This document shows positions 58,925 to 64,000 of a stretch of 64,000 bases of DNA, one piece after another (position 1 is the first letter of the stretch; each line of letters opens with the position of its first letter). The notes under the pieces are model-generated. The model saw only the letters and a list, made by a program, of their open reading frames with translations, had not been told where the DNA came from and searched no databases. The stretch lies in the IMG/VR virus record IMGVR_UViG_3300001390_000008, positions 1 to 64,000 of that record, one strand, 5' to 3'. A program made the translations under genes and the position numbers. This stretch comes from a virus.

Positions 58925-59170
58925 TTACATGTCATAAATAATAGAGGCCTCACGACTAGCGCACATTTTAAGTTTATTTAATATCTTCAACTCTCTTGAG
59001 TGGTATTTAATATCAATATCTATTTTACTAACTTCTTCAGCCAACTTAACTAATCTGTTAAGCAGCTTAGTTTTATGATAAATCAATACATTAATTTCAT
59101 TAAATTTAATTTTGCGTTCAATACTACCCATGTTTGCCAGCTCTTCAATAAAGACTTTTTCATTAAACAT
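58925..59170 (-). CDS. hypothetical protein
   Basis: 81 aa, GGGGG RBS. Confidence 0.5.
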   Translation of the reverse strand: MFNEKVFIEELANMGSIERKIKFNEINVLIYHKTKLLNRLVKLAEEVSKIDIDIKYHSRELKILNKLKMCASREASIIYDM

Positions 59171-59209
59171 TACTACCCCCTTATTATTTCCGTTTTACCC
59201 TAACCGCAT

Positions 59210-59503
59210 TCACTGATATTCAGTCTTGGTGGGTCTCGGTATTGCTATGATAGTAAGACCCCTCTCGCGGAGAAGACTATATAGATCCACTGCACTACTA
59301 CTATACTTACCATTCTGCTTTTCTATCCAGTCTACCTGATCCTGGTATAAATAGATGGCAGTAGGTCTAGGGACAACTTTCAAATATTTGTAAATCAGGC
59401 CAAAAATATCACCCATTTTTGGGGGCGGATCACGAAAAGGGTATTTATGGTATGTTACCCTGGTCTTTCCTATTGTCAGCATATTGTAATGATAATAACA
59501 CAT
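59210..59503 (-). CDS. hypothetical protein
   Basis: 97 aa, GGAG RBS. Confidence 0.5.
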   Translation of the reverse strand: MCYYHYNMLTIGKTRVTYHKYPFRDPPPKMGDIFGLIYKYLKVVPRPTAIYLYQDQVDWIEKQNGKYSSSAVDLYSLLRERGLTIIAIPRPTKTEYQ

Positions 59504-59586
59504 AGTTTACTCCCTCTATTGATGTAAATAATACTATAGATATCAACTACACAAAGCCTAACTTTTTACTTAAGTACGACATTCTC

Positions 59587-60516
59587 TTAATCCTTCCAAG
59601 CAAAGCACACACTGCACATCTCACAACTCACAGCCCGCTTATCCCCCTTTGTACGACATGCTTTATAGGGTAATTTACCTCCCTCTCTGGCTATTTTTAA
59701 CTCCATTGCTTCCTCTTTATAATCCTCTATTCTACACAAATATTCTTGAGGATCTAGGACAAATTCCTTGAAAGGTGATTTACCGAATACATAACTCTTA
59801 GTAACATAAAATACGGACACTTGTTGGTGTATTGCATACCCCATTTCTTTTGCCAGCCACCAGTAAAATATAATCTGTAATATATGCGCGGGCAATGGTG
59901 CAGTTAATGCCTCCCACGCTTCATGCTTTATAGACTTGATTTCACTAAGATATAGCAGACCGTTTATCAGATGGGCTAGATCAACCGCCCCACTTATCAT
60001 GTACTCGTCATTTGTTAATAGTAGTTCTTCATACTTGGTAGGAAGCTCTCCACATTTAGAGCAGGTTGCTGGCCCTTTCTTTGTGGACATAGCCTTATTG
60101 TATGTCCCTACTACCTCTGTCCCCCCACAATAGCACTGCCATCTACCATATATTTCCTCTGGGTTATTTCTTATTGCTTTAGCCTTAACATAGTCATGTA
60201 TGGCATTACCTATAGCGAAAGTAACCCCAGTATTATCGTAGAGTGCCTCACCGTGTAAATCTACCTTTGTAACGTATGACAAGGCAACCATACGCATACA
60301 CTTACCTATAATATCAGATACATGGGTATACTCACCGTACCTAAACCCATTCATCTTAAATACCCCAGATAGCCTGCTTATAAGCACCTCTGGATCATCC
60401 ATGGGTAGTATTATCCCATCGGTTTCACACCCTTCTTTATCCCGTCTATTACGGCGTTTAAGCATCCTGGATACACTAACCCCTCCCGAACTTACCCTTG
60501 GTATTCTTCTAGCCAC
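59587..60516 (-). CDS. Cas4-like / RecB-family PD-(D/E)XK exonuclease
   Basis: HVSD..C.R; G.AIH; GAVD..EIKS; Q..FY; C-terminal Cys cluster. Confidence 0.8.
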   Translation of the reverse strand: MARRIPRVSSGGVSVSRMLKRRNRRDKEGCETDGIILPMDDPEVLISRLSGVFKMNGFRYGEYTHVSDIIGKCMRMVALSYVTKVDLHGEALYDNTGVTFAIGNAIHDYVKAKAIRNNPEEIYGRWQCYCGGTEVVGTYNKAMSTKKGPATCSKCGELPTKYEELLLTNDEYMISGAVDLAHLINGLLYLSEIKSIKHEAWEALTAPLPAHILQIIFYWWLAKEMGYAIHQQVSVFYVTKSYVFGKSPFKEFVLDPQEYLCRIEDYKEEAMELKIAREGGKLPYKACRTKGDKRAVSCEMCSVCFAWKD

Positions 60517-60528
60517 TAACTCACTCCT

Positions 60529-60882
60529 TTATCTCTCTATAAAATGTAGTGCATAAGTAGGAATAATAGCTATCTCCATCTCGGGGGCTCCCCTTTCATC
60601 AATGAACTCTATAACTATGGCTGGTATCTCTGTATTACATAGAGCAGCCTCCTCTATCTTGTTAAGCATATCTCTGGTAACACTAAATGATTTATTCTTA
60701 GTAGTCTTTGCCTCTATGCGGATAATACCATAGCACCCTTTAACATCACCTTTTTGGTGCCCAGACCCAGAACCGGGAACTAATGCACCTTTAAACCTAT
60801 TTGCTAATTCTAGCTCCTGTTTGGGGGAGCGTACATGGGATACACTCTGCTTACCCCGTTCGCTTTTAGGTATCTTAAGCAT
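60529..60882 (-). CDS. small PD-(D/E)XK nuclease (Hjc-like resolvase)
   Basis: QE..LA; PGSG..KGDV; IEAKTT. Confidence 0.75.
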   Translation of the reverse strand: MLKIPKSERGKQSVSHVRSPKQELELANRFKGALVPGSGSGHQKGDVKGCYGIIRIEAKTTKNKSFSVTRDMLNKIEEAALCNTEIPAIVIEFIDERGAPEMEIAIIPTYALHFIER

Positions 60883-63062
60883 TAAGTAATCCTACATATA
60901 AACTCATTAGGCATACCTAACTTTTCTGCCTGCTTGCGTATAATGTGGGTACGTAATTCCCAATATATATCGGGCTCCTCACGTAACATTTGTATAGCAT
61001 CTTCCTGTAGACTAAACTTAGTTTTATAGTCTAGAAATTCTAACCACTGATTTGCCCCCGCCCCACCCACAAAACCAAACTTCTTTGCTACTGAAAATAC
61101 AGTACGTGCATCATCTACATCCCCTACACCCATACCTGTTTTTTCATCAGGATCCCTTATTATAGTAAACTCACCTGTGCGAGGGCCGTTATTCATTTTA
61201 TTTTTAGTTATAGTATATGAATGTTCATTATGTGTGATGGTTTCCATTGCATTAGTATCGTTACCTTTTATCTCCCTATTTTTCATAATAATATCAAAAC
61301 TAGTAGCGTGGCCCAGCGCCCGGCCCCCTGGAACCTTTCTAGGGTTCATACCATGACCTCCAATATCACTCCTAAATTGATTGGTATTAACTAGTGTTAC
61401 GTAGTGATTTCGCCGCCTTTCCTCTATCATAATAGAAGTAGTCTTGCGTACAAACTCTGCAATAAGCCTGGCGTGGAAGGCAACAAGATGATCTTCTGCG
61501 CTGGATTCTCTTTCTTTCATTGGTTCCATAGCTGCGATAGAATCTACGACTACTAGGGAGGTTTCTACGGACTGTAGTATAGCATCTGCAATATCAAGTG
61601 CCATCTCACCTGTCTCGCATTCAATAACCTCTAAAGCATCTATATCCACCCCCAACTTTTCTGCCCATACACTTTCAAAAGTACCTTCGGTGTCTAGTAC
61701 AATAACTTTTTGATCTGGAAATTGCCTCTGTGCATTAGCTATTATCTTATTAGACAACATACTATTATGTGTAACTATATAGTCTTGTGTAATGTATAAA
61801 TTGTCTTCTGCCTCAATGCTAATACAGACCATATCACAATCTTCATCTGGCACTATATGTGAGATGGATCTTACTGGCCCTCTACGCTTTCTACCGCCAT
61901 AAGCCTCTACCTTTTTCTTACACGCCTTAAATGTGGGCACCCCCAAAGGCAGCACAATAGAAACTGTTTGCTCGTACACCTCATCTTCTTCTCTGTAACT
62001 TTGACTAATAGATGCAGTTCCCCCTAGTGACTGGGCTAACTCCTGAACACCTAATGCTAATTGCCTTGAGTACGAGTGATATCTAGCCCCTGCATAATGT
62101 TTATCTTCTTCCTTATTTAAATATACTGTAGACCCATCACAATCCATTAACCCGTTTAATAAAGAAATTCTGTCATCAATAGAGGCTCTTAAGTAGACTT
62201 CTGGGATAAACTTATCCCTAGATAATTTTCCCCATATACCTAAAACTCTAAGACTACTTATTGTCGTATTCCTTTTCTTTTTTTCTACATCAAATACCTT
62301 CCAGTGTCTAGTACCCTCCACGTAGGTTCTTTCTGCTACGATTACCCCACTGCCTCGTATTAGGCTATTTACATAAGCTAAAACATCTACATCATTTGTT
62401 GCTATATCTATACTCCCGGCCAAATTACCATTAGCTAACATTACCCCCATAAGGTAAGGGTTTATAGGTAGATTCTCACTATCAAAAACCACAGGAGATA
62501 CCAAAGGTATCCTATATTTACACATACCAGAATTCTTATCCCTTAGCCTACTATGAAATAATTCATCAGTTGTTTTTATAAAATGATTACCTGAGGTATG
62601 CGCTTGTTTCCTAGACTGAACATGCCATAGATGATCTTTCCCAACTACAAGCTCAGACTTATCAGTAAACGCTACTTTGTATGTGTGTATTCGCCCTCTC
62701 GGATATACTCCCGTGACTCTGGTTGCATGTCCGTCTGCCCCAATAACTAAATCGCCTACGGACAAATCTCCAAATAAACACCACCCATCAGGGGTCAGTA
62801 TATTATCCGTATATTTTTGGGCCTTCCCACAGTGTTTTTCCCCGAGTATGTGTGAGGATCTACTACACCCTATTCCACCTAGTGTTGAAAAATCTAGAAC
62901 AAAGATGCCCATAGAAATTCTATCTGGCTGTAGTATCTGCGAGCCCTTCCTTACAGAAGTATCCCCATACCTTTTTCTGACTTGATTTAGTGTATCCTTT
63001 AGCTCATTAGTCTTTTTTTCTTTCTTAACTGACTTCTTAGTAGACTTTCTACGCCTAGCCAT
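60882..63062 (-). CDS. recA: RecA/UvsX-like recombinase with intein
   Basis: LD..LGG; GEKHCGK|S; DTEG; VVDSIAAM; NQFR; PGGRAL; start reassigned to MARRRK. Confidence 0.9.
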   Translation of the reverse strand: MARRRKSTKKSVKKEKKTNELKDTLNQVRKRYGDTSVRKGSQILQPDRISMGIFVLDFSTLGGIGCSRSSHILGEKHCGKAQKYTDNILTPDGWCLFGDLSVGDLVIGADGHATRVTGVYPRGRIHTYKVAFTDKSELVVGKDHLWHVQSRKQAHTSGNHFIKTTDELFHSRLRDKNSGMCKYRIPLVSPVVFDSENLPINPYLMGVMLANGNLAGSIDIATNDVDVLAYVNSLIRGSGVIVAERTYVEGTRHWKVFDVEKKKRNTTISSLRVLGIWGKLSRDKFIPEVYLRASIDDRISLLNGLMDCDGSTVYLNKEEDKHYAGARYHSYSRQLALGVQELAQSLGGTASISQSYREEDEVYEQTVSIVLPLGVPTFKACKKKVEAYGGRKRRGPVRSISHIVPDEDCDMVCISIEAEDNLYITQDYIVTHNSMLSNKIIANAQRQFPDQKVIVLDTEGTFESVWAEKLGVDIDALEVIECETGEMALDIADAILQSVETSLVVVDSIAAMEPMKERESSAEDHLVAFHARLIAEFVRKTTSIMIEERRRNHYVTLVNTNQFRSDIGGHGMNPRKVPGGRALGHATSFDIIMKNREIKGNDTNAMETITHNEHSYTITKNKMNNGPRTGEFTIIRDPDEKTGMGVGDVDDARTVFSVAKKFGFVGGAGANQWLEFLDYKTKFSLQEDAIQMLREEPDIYWELRTHIIRKQAEKLGMPNEFICRIT
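61764..62822 (-). mobile_element. intein (Ala-start, class 3-like) in RecA Walker A
   Basis: AQKY..ILTPDGW; DHLW; MVCISI; VTHN|S; 353 aa. Confidence 0.88.
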
Positions 63063-63390
63063 TATCACTCTCAGTACTAATGTACTGCTCCACTTCATTC
63101 TCAAGCATCTCACTTACCTGATCTGCAATAGCCTCATAAGTCTCGTTCACCATTTCTTTATAACATGGCATCATAATAGATACATCTACCCGCAGGAACT
63201 CATACTGAGCTAAACTACGCGTTACCCCTGCCTTAACACTGACATAGGCGGGATCGACATCAAACACTTCAACCTCTTTTGTTACTAGTTCGGTTTCCTC
63301 GCCCTTTACTACTGAAGTAGTTACCGTCTTTGTAGACATAACTACTATCTTTTCCTTACTTTTTCTCTTACGCTTTTTCCGCTCTGCCAT
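63055..63390 (-). CDS. conserved hypothetical phage protein
   Basis: GVTRSLAQYEFLRVDV motif. Confidence 0.7.
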   Translation of the reverse strand: MAERKKRKRKSKEKIVVMSTKTVTTSVVKGEETELVTKEVEVFDVDPAYVSVKAGVTRSLAQYEFLRVDVSIMMPCYKEMVNETYEAIADQVSEMLENEVEQYISTESDNG

Positions 63391-63401
63391 TATCTTGCCC
63401 T

Positions 63402-63947
63402 CTATATTTTTTGTTTACGATATGCCTCGATACCCTGCCACATAAGATGCACTGTTTGTACATGCTCGGTAAGAAAATAGGTATACTCTTTTTCGTGGTT
63501 CCTTAGTATTGTTGCAATCACTTGCAATTCCCCAACACTATAATGATTAAATCCCCTTATAGTATCCTGTAAAATAGGGGGTGGTATCATTTCATCCTTT
63601 ATCCATCGCTTAAATGCTAGAGGGGTTTTACCCAAAGCGTTAGCCGCTTCCGTCATATTATAGACAGGGACTACGATAGGGTATTCTAGTTTATCCCCAA
63701 CAACCTCCTTATCCAGAGCATCAAATAACAGCCCACGGGTAAGCTTACTTTCTTTCTTTGGGTTATTACGTCTATAGTTTTTTCTATTACCCTCCTTTAC
63801 CCGCTCGCGATACCCCTCATTACTACTGTATTTTTCCCGTCGGGGGCTATGACTATCCTCGCCTTCTTTAACTCCGCCCCTCTTCTTATTACCTCTGTTC
63901 GTAGCTTGCTTGTGTTTATTTTTCGTGTGCCTTTGCGTGGGTGCCAT
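63402..63947 (-). CDS. putative MerR-like HTH DNA-binding protein
   Basis: YNMTEAANALGKT..FKRWIKDEMIP; GGAG RBS. Confidence 0.65.
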   Translation of the reverse strand: MAPTQRHTKNKHKQATNRGNKKRGGVKEGEDSHSPRREKYSSNEGYRERVKEGNRKNYRRNNPKKESKLTRGLLFDALDKEVVGDKLEYPIVVPVYNMTEAANALGKTPLAFKRWIKDEMIPPPILQDTIRGFNHYSVGELQVIATILRNHEKEYTYFLTEHVQTVHLMWQGIEAYRKQKI

Positions 63948-64000
63948 TGGTATATCTCCGCGTTGCTTTCCTCGTATTCGGATATGCGTTTAAGGAATTT

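Noticed and set aside
865-62985. Plus-strand ORFs in the six-frame track
   Set aside because: Nearly all are antisense shadows of long minus-strand genes, with no RBS or recognisable motif

Overview
The whole 64 kb window is part of a large tailed dsDNA phage genome with a siphovirus-type layout; essentially all genes are on the minus strand. Read in the direction of transcription (right to left), it holds four blocks. (1) A recombination/packaging block: RecA-like ATPase with an intein, PD-(D/E)XK nuclease, Cas4-like nuclease, RuvC, and small and large terminase (the large one with an intein). (2) One tRNA(CAT). (3) A ~28 kb accessory/early region of small ORFs that includes two DNA methyltransferases, RadC/JAB, an HNH gene and AT-rich regulatory repeats. 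(4) A head-tail module: portal, XkdF-type protease, scaffold, major capsid, connectors, major tail, frameshifted chaperone, tape measure, tail tip and fibre genes. Five signals stand out. Both free-standing HNH genes are flanked by 22-28 bp direct repeats that end in the sigma70 -35 hexamer TTGACA. Integron attC sites lie antisense to the methyltransferase-region genes and supply their RBS, start or stop codons. Three modular non-coding loci carry CTGCG-N9-GGTRT boxes. A 16-bp palindrome occurs about 15 times. A run of small genes is joined by a repeated 13-bp stop/RBS/start junction. All product calls come from motif recognition by eye; no database searches were run.
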